DNA of 64,000 nt from Eledone cirrhosa. Its lineage: Eukaryota. Position numbers and translations under genes: made by a program. The stretch spans positions 128,216,001-128,280,000 of the forward strand of contig OZ024741.1 of NCBI GenBank assembly GCA_964016885.1. Reading direction: 5' to 3'. Numbering within the stretch: the stretch's first letter is position 1; each line of letters begins with the position of its first letter. A model generated the notes under the pieces. The model saw only the letters and a program-made list of their open reading frames with translations, was not told the DNA's origin and did no database searches. Positions 12,951 to 24,999 of this stretch are shown here, piece by piece.

Positions 12951-13325
12951 TAAAGGGGGGAGGAACTCAGCAGAGTCAATGGCTATCCAAATAGTACATT
13001 TTTTTTTTTTTTTTACCTGGGAGTGAAAGGCACCCAGTTGTTGTCACAACACTTTTCTAAGAGAGGGAAACTCTGAAAAAAAACCTACGGCTTCAGAAGC
13101 ATCCGATGACATTGACCAGTTCTCCTTTTCGGGTAGTGTTTTCGATAGTCAGAGAGTGGGATTGGTCGAGTGCAAGGCCTTTCCCCACTTACAAACCTCC
13201 AAAGCACAGGCATTGCTTGTTCAGGGTTTGTTAGAGGTTTGTGTTCCCGGCCGTAGCCTAGAAGTGCACCAAACTCTATAACCTGACAAGCGATTGCAGT
13301 AATCTTAGTAGAGTTTGCAGCCATC
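12951..13325 (+). mobile_element. Non-autonomous RTE-derived element (divergent family) between (TATG)n arrays
   Basis: Shares AGAGTCAATGGCTATCC, GAGGGAAACTCTGA...AAACCT and 3' GCAGCCATC+(ATGT)n with the 17643 family. Confidence 0.6.
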
Positions 13326-13439
13326 ATGTATGTATGTATGTATGTATGTATGTATGTATGTATGTATGTATGTATGTATGTATGTATGTATGTATGTATG
13401 TGTGTGTGTATATATGTATGTATGTATTATGTATGTATG

Positions 13440-15746
13440 TTCTTCTGGTTTTATAATTTCACAAAGTTTTACCAATAGCGAGAGAGAGTCGGTTTCTAAC
13501 ATAGACACAAGACTCTCTCATTGGAATTTACACAACATCAACTAGGTAGATATGTATGTATGCATGCATGTGTAGATATGGATGTTATTGTATGTGTGGA
13601 TGCGTATGTTTTGAGTTGTATGTGTGCATGTGTATATGCTTTGTATCTGTACATGTGTATATGCAGTTATTAGATGCAAAATGTTTGGAATGTTTTACAT
13701 ACTTTTACTGTTCCATTAATGGATTGTACTTGTAATTTCCTAACTAATTGTGTTCTTTCTGTTCCTTTGAAGCCTAGCTTCTCAAGATTTGTATTGAGGC
13801 AGTTACTAACATATCCCAATGTCCCAATAATCACAGGCATAAATATGAAGGTGTAATCAGGGTGGAGTATCTGCAGATTTCTCATCAGTTCTGCATAAAT
13901 ATTCTCCTTTTCACTAATCTTTGATATTATATTGGCATCTGCTGGGCAGCTAATTTCCACTACTCTGCATGCCCTCTTTTCCCTGTCCCATATCATAATA
14001 TCTGGTCTGTTATTCCTGCATTTTATTGGGGGTTTTTACTGGAACATTCCACCAGTACTCTTTCATATTATGTCCATGGATGTCTTCCACATTGCTGTAG
14101 CTTTTAATGTGTTTATTATCGGGGCTATCTTTTTTACGAACTGCATCGTACAGTGTTTTGGCCACTACATCATGCTTCATAGGTAGATAGTACCGCGATG
14201 ACATCTTTGGACAGCTGCTGATGACATGGGTGATATCCTCAATGTTAGTTCTGCACTTATCACATCTAGGTGTTTTGCCTGCATCCCTATCTCTTTTGTG
14301 AATCAGGTATTTCGTGTTAATCTCCTGTCCCTGGATTGCAAAAGCGTATCCTTCAAAGTGGGAGCCAATATAGCGGTTGTTAGTCCAAGATAGACTACTT
14401 TCCTTATCTATATTACTCTCACTCTGGAGCTTCCTGGCAACATATCCATGCATGATGTTTTGCTGATAAGCATGCAGTTTTTCATCCATGGATTTACTGC
14501 GATACTGCTGAGCGACATCCCTGTGTGTGAGTTTTTGATTATCACACAGGGAATATCTCTCGAGGAGTTCCTTCCCAACTCTCATGATCTTATCTGTTTC
14601 ATGCAGATAGACTTGCTCGAGAAACGGGCTCCTACGCTTCGAGGTTCGTAGATGTTGTCGGAGAGATATGATGCGACATTCAAATGTTGTCTCCCTGCTT
14701 ACGTTTCAAGTAAAGGCGGTTTATGTCACTGTTGATGTGGAAGTTTCCGGAGTTGTTCAGTATTTTTTGAGTTCCAACATCAACTGCTCGGATTTCGTCT
14801 ATCGTCCAATTGAGTATTCCAAACGTTGGTGTTAGGACAGGCACAGCAAACACATTGTGAGCCACTGTTTTGTTTTGCGCAGAGAGTTCCGATGACCAGA
14901 TCTTTCTTAATCGGGTGTAGTATTCCCTGGTTACGCGTTCTTTATTACAGATACCATTAGAGGAAATGTTCTCATCTATCCCCAGGTATCTGTAGCAGTC
15001 CTCATCAGATATCGGTGAAATAGTGAGGACATTGATGACAATGTTGCTAGATTGGGTTGTTTTTCCCTGCTTTACAATCATGTATGAGCATTTATCTTGG
15101 CCAAACTCCATTCCTATATCCTTTGAGAACGTTGTAACCAGGTCAAGATTTTTCTTCATCCCATCCATGTTCTTGGCATAGAGTTTCAGATCGTCCACAA
15201 AGAAATTATGGGTTAGGTTCGTATTTCTGTCCTCCTGTGAGCCAATGATTTCTCCCTCACATTTCTTGAGCAGAAAGGACAAGAGGTTTAATGACAAGAT
15301 GAACAATATCACAGAGAGACTGTCCCCTTGAAATATATCCCTGCAATATTTTATTCTATCAGTGAAAATAGAGTCCACCCTCTCTGTCTTTAACCTTAGG
15401 ATAGTAGCCCAAGAAGAAGACAGCCTCTCTATGTCTCTGACAATAATGTCTGGGACTTTAGCAAGTTGGAGGACCTCTATCATCCAAGAGTGGGGAACAG
15501 AATAGAAACCTTTCCTGTAGTCCAGCCAGACTGTAGCCATATTCCTCCTAAGTTGTCGCACCTCCGACATCGCAGTTTTATTGATTAGGACTTGTTCAGC
15601 ACATCCCCAAACGCCTTTCTTTCCATCTGCTTGTTCATCTGTGATGATGTTATTATTTTCACAGTGATCTTGGAGGAATAGGTTCAGGCAGGCTGTATAC
15701 ATCTTATACATCAGGTTCTAGCATGCAATGTGTCGGTAATTTTTTG
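13440..15746 (-). mobile_element. 5'-truncated R4/Dong-like non-LTR retrotransposon (RT + CCHC + RLE) in (TATG)n
   Basis: ORFs 14680-15711 (WLDYRK, IFQGDSLS, FFVDDLKLY), 14010-14585 (CDKC...H...C) and 13670-13996 (RLE); frameshifted. Confidence 0.9.
14680..15711 (-). pseudogene. Reverse transcriptase domain of R4/Dong-like element
   Basis: RT motifs QGDSLS and FVDD. Confidence 0.9.
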
Positions 15747-15759
15747 TATGTATGTATGT

Positions 15760-16207
15760 AAGGAGCTCTTAAGAGTCAATGGCCATCCAAAATCACCGGG
15801 AGAGATGACCCCTTAGCCTTTGTCAAGGCAGAATTCTAGGAGAAAGAAAACTCTGATATAACACCTGCAACCCTGATGGTATCCAATGATGTTGACTTGT
15901 TCTTCTTTTTGGTAAATATCATCTTGGTTAAGAGAGTGGGACTGGCTTTGTGCAGTGCCTTTGCTCACTATAAAAGCTTCACGGCACTGGCATTGCTTTA
16001 TATCTGGAGATCTCTCTGCACTTGTCGTCACATGGTACCATGAGCCCAGCACTATGTGTCAATAATTGTCACAAGTGTAGTGTTTGTACCAGAGTTTTCA
16101 AGTCGCTGGCTGGACTAAAAAGTCACATTCGTTCAGCGCATCGGTAGGGGTTCTCCTACATGGATATAAAGTAGTGGCCGTACTCGAAAACGAGTTGGCA
16201 GCCGCCA
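15760..16207 (+). mobile_element. 5'-truncated non-autonomous bipartite RTE derivative
   Basis: RTE-type 5'UTR block CTAGGAGAAAGAAAACTCTGA joined to a terminal C2H2 peptide HKCSVCTRVFKSLAGLKSHIRSAHR*; (ATGT)n tail. Confidence 0.8.
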
Positions 16208-16299
16208 TGTATGTATGTATGTATGTATGTATGTATGTATGTATGTATGTATGTATGTATGTATGTATGTATGTATGTATGTATGTATGTATGTATGTT

Positions 16300-16385
16300 G
16301 TCAGGTCACCAGTTGGTGCTACTGGTAACATGTATTCCAGTACAACCTGTCCCATGGTCGGGTCGTTGGCGACTAAACTGGCAAC
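16300..16385 (+). ncRNA. Conserved structured 5' RNA (candidate ribozyme)
   Basis: Stems CAGGT/ACCTG, CACC/GGTG, TACTGG/CCAGTA and GTCG/CGAC, with compensatory changes in copies at 7575-7658 (-) and 40601-40683. Confidence 0.5.
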
Positions 16386-16740
16386 CCCACCAAGGTTTAT
16401 GGTGAGGAGGGTGACTTTGGACATCCTGCAGGACTAAAAACAAAACCTGTCAAAGGGCAAAGGAGCTCTTAAGAGTCAATGGCCATCCAAAATCACCGGG
16501 AGAGATGACCCCTTAGCCTTTGTCAAGGCAGAATTCTAGGAGAAGGAAAACTCTGATATAACAACTGTAACCCTGATGGTATCCAATGATGTTGACTTGT
16601 TCTTCCTTTTGGTAAATATCATCTTGGTTAAGAGAGTGGGACTGGCTTTGTGCAGTGCCTTTACTCACTATAAAAGCTTCACGGCACAGGCATTGCTTTT
16701 TATCTGGAGATCTCTCTGCACTTGTCGTCACATGGTACCA
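16300..16740 (+). mobile_element. Non-autonomous RTE derivative, intact 5' end, 3' end deleted
   Basis: Near-identical to 17643-18083. Confidence 0.8.
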
Positions 16741-17547
16741 AACCCCTTTCTTTCCAGCTGCTTGTTTATCTGTGATGATGTTATTATTTTTACAGTGATC
16801 TTGGAGGAATAGGTTCAGGCAGGCTGTATAAATCTTATACATCAGGTTCTGGCCTGCAATGGGTCGGTAGTTTTTTGCCAAGTGGGTGTCTGTGTTCTTG
16901 GGGACCAATAATGTTTGTGCTAATGTCAACCATTCTGGTATAAGTGTATCTTCCTTAAGAACTTGTTGGTAGAGGTCAGTAAGATACCTCCGATAGAATA
17001 TTAGTTTTTTGTACCAGTAGCCGACAATCATGTCTCTTCCTGGTGTTTTCTTATCTTGGAGTTTTCCTATCACAGTCTCAAGGGTACCCTCACTTATTTC
17101 GTATGTTTTTGTTGTAGTGTAGGAGCAATAGTTCTTTCGGATTTCTCTTAGTCACACTGCATCTTGGTTGAAATTCTTCTTTTCACCCCATATTTTGCTC
17201 CAAAAGGAATCTATGTCTTTCTGGGATGTGGCCTCAGTGACACTTATTATTTTGCCCTTCATATCTCTATAGACTGATGTTTGGTTTCGTCTGAATCTTT
17301 TAATAAGCACTTTTCTCTCATCTACCTTCTTCAGGTATCGGCGTTTTTCGCTAACAGCTCTCAATTCTTGTTTGAGGATGATTAGCTTATATTGGAGAGT
17401 TCTGGTTCTAATGTTACCAAACATCGTCTCTATTTTATTTTTCACTCTTTGTTGGTGAGGAGTGAGGTTTTTTTGTGTTTGTTTGCATGTAAGGAGCATT
17501 GTCACGTGAGTTTTTTTGTGTTTGTTTGCATGTAAGGAGCATTGTCA
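16738..17547 (-). mobile_element. Second R4/Dong-like copy (pre-RT region and RT start), both ends truncated
   Basis: KTPGRDMIVGYWYKK...KNYRPIA...GKKGV; duplicates the region at 15610-15746. Confidence 0.85.
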
Positions 17548-17548
17548 C

Positions 17549-17581
<33 letters not shown>

Positions 17582-17611
17582 TGTATGTATGTATGTATGT
17601 ATGTATGTATG

Positions 17612-17642
<31 letters not shown>

Positions 17643-17644
<2 letters not shown>

Positions 17645-18250
17645 CAGGTCACCAGTTGGTGCTACTGGTAACATGTATTCCAGTACAACCTGTCTCATGG
17701 TCGGGTCGTTGGCGACTAAACTGGCAACCCCACCAAGGTTTCTTTGTGAGGAGGGTGACTTTGGACATCCTGCAGGACTAAAATCAAAACCTGTCAAATG
17801 GCAAGGGAGCTCTTAAGAGTCAATGGCCATCCAAAATCACCGGGAGAGATGACCCCTTAGCCTTTGTCAAGGCAGAATTCTAGGAGAAGGAAAACTCTGA
17901 TATAACACCTGCAACCCTGATGGTATCCAATGATGTTGACTTGTTCTTCTTTTTGGTAAATATCATCTTGGTTAAGAGAGTGGGACTGGCTTTGTGCAGT
18001 GCCTTTGCTCACTATAAAAGCTTCACGGCACAGGCATTGCTTTATATCTGGAGATTTCTCTGCACTTGTCATCACATGGTACCATGGGCCCTGCACTATG
18101 TGTCAATAATGGTCACAAGTGTAGTGTTTGTACCAGAGTTTTCAAGTCGCTGGCTGGACTAAAAAGTCACACTCGTTCAGCGCATCGTTAGGGGTTCTCC
18201 TTCATGGATATAAAGTAGTGGCCGGACTCGAAAACGAGTTGGCAGCCACC
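17643..18250 (+). mobile_element. Apparently full-length (~610 bp) non-autonomous bipartite RTE derivative between (TATG)n arrays
   Basis: Structured 5' motif + RTE 5'UTR blocks + C2H2 remnant + tail. Confidence 0.85.
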
Positions 18251-18300
18251 ATGTATGTATGTATGTATGTATGTATGTATGTATGTATGTATGTGTGTGT

Positions 18301-18702
18301 GTTATGTGCGGTGACATGGAAATTCTCGGTTTGGTACCCGAGCACGCGCTTAGCGCACTTAGAGTAAGAGACCCCTAGTTCTTGTTTGGACATTATTCTA
18401 GGAGAAGGAAATCTCTGATGTAAAACCTGCAACTCGATGGCAGCCGATGATGTTGACCTGTTCTTGTCATCGTTGTTCAGAGAGTGAGATTGGTTCAGTG
18501 TAAGACATTTCTTCACATGCAAAAGCTTCAAACACAGGAATCACTTGATCTAAAAGACCTTCGCGTGTGTTGCGTGGGCATGGCCTTTTCTTTTTTCTAT
18601 GACTGCAGCATATGCAGAAAGGAATCTACGTCATTGGTAAGACTAAAATGTCTCATATATGAGAAAAAAGTCAAGTGATGACAATTTTCAAAATCGTGAT
18701 CA
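18301..18702 (+). mobile_element. Another RTE-derived non-autonomous family in (TATG)n
   Basis: GACCCCTAG...ATTCTAGGAGAAGGAAATCTCTGATGTAAAACCTGC; degenerate C..C...SH remnant; (ATGT)n tail. Confidence 0.6.
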
Positions 18703-19716
18703 TGTATGTATGTATGTATGTATGTATGTATGTATGTATGTATGTATGTATGTATGTATGTATGTATGTATGTATGTATGTATGCATGCATGCATGTGTG
18801 TATGTATGTATGTAAGTAACAGTTTAGAATTCCACAAAAACTGCTGAAAATTATATATCGCGGCTTTAATAATAACTAAAGACAAACCAAAAGTAACACC
18901 CATGTAACTATTATTATTAGTGTTCCAGTTGATACGATCACCCAAACAGTTTACTCATGAAATTAGCGTCTGAGTGGTTAAGCATACCACAGCTCTGTGT
19001 ACCCTTAAAGTAATTCTCAGGGAGATTCAACGTTACAAAGGGTGATAAGGTTGACCCTTTTAATTAGAGGTATACTCCATCTGACGGGTTTCCAAATCGT
19101 CTCCGTCTACACAACTTCACTCTCTAGGCTTTCGTGTCTATAGTAAATTGCACTTGCCCGAAACCTAATGATTCCGAAGTTAACTTTTTAAACATTCGAC
19201 CATGTTACGTCTACGAAATTAATTATTAAATATCCGTTGTATAAAAAATAATTTCCCTGACATATAAAAAATAATGTGAAGGAAAGCGATAGCATGTTTT
19301 ATGATGTTTTCATTATTTAAAATTACAGCCTTAGAAATGAGATCTAAAAAAATTATAGTAGTCTAGAAAGAAAGGTGAGACAACTGATGTGTATGGTATG
19401 GTGTGGTCCTTTAACTCCTGATGGAGTTGTAGGGGCGCCGTATTGACATTTCAAGCCTGACAGAGCCCATCCATCTCTAGACCTGAGTACAGCAAATTTC
19501 TTCCAGAGAAAGATTGAAAGTGAAGGAGAGGAAATGAGAAATAAGTATAGAGGAAGAATCAACCCCAGTACTAGACTGGTACATTTTTATTGATCTCGAA
19601 TGGATGAAAGGCAAAGTTGACTTCGGCGAGACTTGAACTCAGAGAGCAAACGGAACGAACACTACGGAGTATTATATATATATTATATCTATATATCTTA
19701 TATATATCTTATATAT

Positions 19717-19802
<86 letters not shown>

Positions 19803-20133
19803 ATATTAATTTAACAATGAAAACAATAACAAAGTCAAGTTATTTTCTTGATTCATATCATTGTTTTACGATCGTTTCGGAGAGTTGATCCTATTAACAT
19901 ATTGACTGATCTATAGCAGTTATATAACTGTATACTATCAGACATCATATATAGGTTTTCGATCAAACCGTCTATATTAAACAACAGAAGGCCGAACAGG
20001 AAAATTTGCATTAGAATATTAATTCCGCGAAATCACTATACCTATTTCAATGGCCCAGCTCCATCATATATATATATATTGATATTTCTCCAAAGTGATG
20101 ACTAAATACACACTCTCTATCTTTTATTTCTCA

Positions 20134-20170
20134 TCTTCTGATAAAGGACTAGAGTCCGAAACATTAAGAC
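20134..20170 (+). ncRNA. Degenerate minimal PLE-type hammerhead ribozyme
   Basis: CTGATAA-A-GGAC-TAGA-GTCC-GAAAC-ATT; homologous to 48506-48540 (-); the two-copy consensus CTGATGAAGGACTAGAGTCCGAAACGTT has an intact core. Confidence 0.6.
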
Positions 20171-20298
20171 TGTTTTCCTACTATATCAAGCGTTAAACTA
20201 ATTTATTTCTTCATTATATTGTCTTTGTTTTGTTATCTCTATTTACTTTTTGCCTACATACGCACATACACATGCGTATGTACCCCCACCCCACACGC

Positions 20299-20339
<41 letters not shown>

Positions 20340-20724
20340 CTGTTGTGTATGTTGTGTGTGTGTGATCGTGACCCAGATCAGTTTGGGTGTTAGACAAAAG
20401 GTGACTTGTCGCTAACCCGTAGATTATAATAACAAACGGGAATGACGACATGGACATTTATCTACAAGTCGTTAATCATAATATAATTAGTATCCTGCTT
20501 TCAGTTGACACTGTCATGTGACAAAGGTCAACTTTCAGATTTAGCACGGTCGTCACGTGATTAAGGCAAAGCTTATTGTTATCTCAAAATGGCATCCAGC
20601 AATAGAAAGAAAAGACATTAGAAATATCAAACAATGTAAAAAAAGGTATTAAATATTATAATGAATAGCACATCGGAGAGGGATTATAAACATTTTCAAC
20701 AGGTTTACTTACATTATCTATCTC

Positions 20725-21068
20725 TGTGGATTGGCAGTATCGGTAGAGGGTCTGACGCTATGCTTTGCAGCAAAGAGTTACGCCCCTTTATGGTTTGAGT
20801 TCAAATCCCGCCGAGGTTAACTTTGCCTTTCATCCTTACGGGGTCGATAAAATAAAGTACCAGTAATGCACTGGATAATTGCTGGCCTTGTGCCAAAAGT
20901 AGAAACAATTATCTATCTCTGTGGATTGGCAGTATCGGTAGAGCGTCAGACACCTTGCTTTGCAGCATAGAGTTATGGCCCTTAACGTTTTATCCTTACG
21001 GGGTCGATAAAATAAAGCACCAATAATGCACTGGGGTAATTGCTGGCCTTTTGTCAAAAGTAGAATTA
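20725..21068 (+). mobile_element. Two tandem SINE family 1 copies
   Basis: GGATTGGCAGTATCGGTAGAG heads at about 20729 and 20922. Confidence 0.8.
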
Positions 21069-21081
21069 TATATCTATCTAC

Positions 21082-21116
<35 letters not shown>

Positions 21117-21129
21117 GCTATCTATCTAG

Positions 21130-21161
<32 letters not shown>

Positions 21162-21186
21162 TTATCTATCTACCTATCTGCCAACC

Positions 21187-21502
21187 GTAAATTCACTGAA
21201 AGGTGGGTGAATGTGGCAAAAATGACTCGAATGATTGGGCCTTCTTTGTATATAAACCTGTAGGTTGAAGAAGAGAGCAAAAGGAAGAAAGGAGCACTTG
21301 CACAACATCTTCATGGAGTTGAAGGTTGTTCTATCTACCGGGTATAAAGCAACCCATTTGTAACGCCTCCCCCCTATTGGGGATTTCGATTGTTATAATT
21401 TAATGTTAAAATTTGTTTTTTACACGATTGTATGTAAAACCCCGCCATATGTCTTTGTATTGTCCCCTTTTCTTGTGCGCCCTTGTGGCAAATAAAGAAA
21501 TA
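21187..21502 (+). mobile_element. Tx1-like family B 3' fragment between (TATC)n arrays
   Basis: KFTERWVNVAKMTRMIGPSLYINL* plus a 3'UTR matching 8912-9230. Confidence 0.88.
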
Positions 21503-22449
21503 TATCTATCTACCATCTAACCTATGCATTTATCTATCCATATATCTATCAATTTATCTATTTACTTACCAACTTCTCTATCTATCTGTCTGTCATGACA
21601 TCAATAAAAACACCAAAGTAGAAATCACAATAGAAGTCCGAAGATGTAATCCAAGAATTATTGAATTAAATATTTTTTACTATAAACCCTGACATTTTTG
21701 ACGAGTGACATGCTAGTACACACACACACTCGCACACACATATACACGGTCACAAACACACACACATATACACGGTCACACACACACACACACACACGCA
21801 CATAGACACAGTCACACACAAATGTATAGGTCTAAAAACCAGTGTTGTTTATGTTGCATCCTTCTCTGTTCTATGACTTAGTGGTGTGGCAAGTAGAGAT
21901 CAATATAGCCTGGCTTATAGTATGAGACCTTGTCCTTGACCCTTAAAGCCTCTTGCAAATTGATTAAATTGATTCGATTGAAATTCAGCTTGAATACTTA
22001 AATGACTATGAAAATCGTGGAGTGGATAGAAAAAAATCTAGATGTTCCCTGTTTTTATCTCTTTCTATATACTTATGTTTTTATCTACAGAAGAAAGAAA
22101 GGATCAATGCATTAACAGTGTACTAACTTACTAGCTGATCCAGTGTAAATTCCATGGTTGAACCCTTTCGTTACCATATTAACTCTTTCGTTACCATATT
22201 TCTAATGAAAGGCAATGTCTGTGATTTTGAAAATGATAAGAATTAGGACAAAAAAATGAAAGAAATTACCGCATTGCTGCTTAGCTTGCGATTTGAACTC
22301 AGAACGTAAACGATGCTAACTACATACCGCATGTCATACTTGTCAGGCGCTCTGCCGATTCTGTGAATCCGTCTTCTTACATAGGCATAAGGTACCAGCT
22401 GCTGTAATAACAAAAATGGGAATATGATATATATATATGTGAACGAGTG

Positions 22450-22491
<42 letters not shown>

Positions 22492-22814
22492 TATGTATGT
22501 ATATAAACACACACACACACATATGTGTGTGTGTGTGTGCATGTGCGTGCGTGTGTACATTTGTGTGGCATTATATGCGAATCTGTCCATGGTATGTATA
22601 CGTGACTGTGCGTTTGCGTGGTATTGTAAGCGAATCTGTGTATGTATGTGTATGTGCGTGCATCAGTACGTGTGTGCATGATACTTCGTCGCCAGCCAAG
22701 CGGAAGTGTCAGAATAACATGTGATATCAATTACAGGTGTCAAGAGAGCGTGCAATATCGGTTATGTGCAGCCATACGTAAAAAAAAAAAACCCCGGCCA
22801 TATTGGATGTTTGC

Positions 22815-23579
22815 TTTGTTGTTATTGTTATTCTTGTTCTTGTTATCGTTTTGCCTATTTTATCTACTGTAACTGTTGCTATCATTGTTGTTGTTGCTGT
22901 TGTTGTTGTTGCTATCGCTGTTATTTTTGTTGTTGCATCGCTGCTTCCATAGACGCCATCGTTGTTGTTGTTGTTGTTGTTAGATCTTGCTATCGTTGCT
23001 GCTGCTGCTGCTGCTGTTGTTGTTGTTGTTGTTGTTGCTGCTGCTGCTATCGTCGTGGTTGTTGTCGTTGTTGCTGTTATTGCTATCGTTGTTTTTGTTG
23101 TTGTTATCGCTGCTATTGCTGTTGCTGTTGTTGTTGCTGCTATCGCTGTTGTTTTTGTTGTTGCTGTCGCCGATGTTCTTGCTTCATTGCTTTCATCGGT
23201 ACAACTGTTGCTGCTGTTGTTGTTGTTGTTGTTACTGTTGTTGTTGTTGTTGCTGCTATCGCTGTTGTTGTCGTTGTTGTTGTAGTTGCTATCGCTGATA
23301 TTTTTGTTGTAGCCTCGTTGCTTTCCTCAACGTCATCGGTGTTGTTGTTACTATCGTTTTTATTATTGATGTTGCTGTAGTTGCTACCGCTGTTGTTGTT
23401 GTTGTTATCGTGGTTGTTCTCGTTGTTGTTATTGTTGTTGTTATCGTTGTTGTTATTGCTGTTATCGTATTGCTTTTAATCTTCGGTTGCTGTAATTGTT
23501 TTTCTTACTTACGCCATCACTACCGCCGCCGCCGTCGACGTCGTCGTTGTTTTCTTGTTGTTGTTGTTGGTGGTGGTAG

Positions 23580-23613
<34 letters not shown>

Positions 23614-23652
23614 CTTCTTCTTCTTCTTCTTCTTCTTCTTCTTCTTCTTCTT
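22815..23652. repeat. Degenerate (GTT/GCT)n tract followed by (TTC)n
   Basis: Direct; source of the poly-Cys/Val/Leu ORFs. Confidence 0.93.
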
Positions 23653-24469
23653 GGAATCCAACCAATCCAATACATATAAATTCGCTATATCTCCTTATAT
23701 TAATTACATTTTACATATCCCATGATATCTGGTCTACATATTCTTTTTTTAAACTAAGAATATCTGAAATATGGGCTGAATGGTTAAGGACTTTTTTTCA
23801 CAGCCACGTGGTCTTTGGTGCCTTCTACTATAGCCTCGGGTTATCAAAAACCATTCATCCAACCAACCCACTGACCAAACCACCAATCAACAAGCCAACA
23901 AATCACCAACCAACCCACCAGCCAGCCAAGCAACCAAGCAACCAAGCAACAGCCAGCCAGCTAGCCAACCAGCCAGCCAGCCCACCAACCAAACCAAACA
24001 ACCAATCGGCCAGCCTAGCAGCCAACAACCAAGCAACCAGCCAAGCAACCAAGCAAGTCAGCCACCCAACCAACACACTAACACATAGCCAGCCAGCCAG
24101 CCAATCAATTTAAGGCTTTCTGCTAGAATTTCGTTTGAATGTCTCATTTAGTTTGAATGATTGATATACACAGGTTTACACATAGATACGTATATAGACA
24201 TATATATACACATTCACTTACACACACACGCACACATGCCCAACCATACACAAAGAAGACAGATGCACATGAATATAGACTGCATAAGCTCATGTAAGAG
24301 AAATACTTAATTATAGAGAGTGCACTACAACTCAACGAGTAGTCTGGGATATGACTTTATGCCTTGGAGAATAAAACAAAGGGCAGGAATGGAAATTGAA
24401 TATACCACTTACGATTTCAAAATAAAGCCGACACAATCCAGCTAACTATAATAATAGTTGATTGCTATA

Positions 24470-24800
24470 AATAGAGACCCACTTCGGTCACGAATGACCA
24501 TGGACTTTGCACCCAGAAAGTTCTCCTTCGAAGCACAAAGTCTAGGCAATGTCGTTTATGGAAGACCATCAATCACACAAACATACCAGTCTCCCCTCTT
24601 TACACCACAGATGTTGTCCAAGGGAAAGGCAAATCCGACCCAGTTTGGCACAAGTGACATCACAACTCACTTCTATAACTGAGTAAACTGGAGTAACGTT
24701 ATATAAAATGTCTTACTCAAGGATACAACACACCACCCGGTCCGGGAATCGAACGCAATTGTTAGTCTAATGCTCTAACCACCAAGCCATGCGCTTTCAC
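24470..24800 (-). mobile_element. SINE (family 3)
   Basis: Minus-strand tRNA head (CATGGCTTGGTGGTTAGAGC...GTTCGATTCCCGGAC); related head near 51470-51590. Confidence 0.6.
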
Positions 24801-24999
24801 TAGCTATAAAAAATAGTTGAATAAATCGGGCAAAGACACCTGAAAGAAATCGAACCACACATTTCTTGTGTAATAGTAAGCACACTCGTCTGACATGCGA
24901 GAGATGTGTGGATCGATTCCCCGCAAGCGTTTTGTCCAATGTTTTCCGTTTTCAGTGTTTTAACCATTTGATTCAACTAGTATTTATAGTTATCAAAAT

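Noticed and set aside
16300-16385. Calling the 5' motif a canonical HDV, twister or twister-sister ribozyme
   Set aside because: Stem and loop lengths and conserved nucleotides do not match those consensuses; kept only as an unclassified candidate.
16513-17073. 186-aa ORF as a single protein
   Set aside because: It is a chimera of an R4 RT fragment and antisense RTE-derivative sequence across a deletion junction.
19860-19945. CCGAAACGATCGTA half-hammerhead (minus strand)
   Set aside because: No convincing CUGANGA or stem I/II partner.
22721-23380. Cys-rich 219-aa ORF resembling metallothionein or keratin-associated protein
   Set aside because: It is a degenerate (GTT/GCT)n tract with all three frames open.
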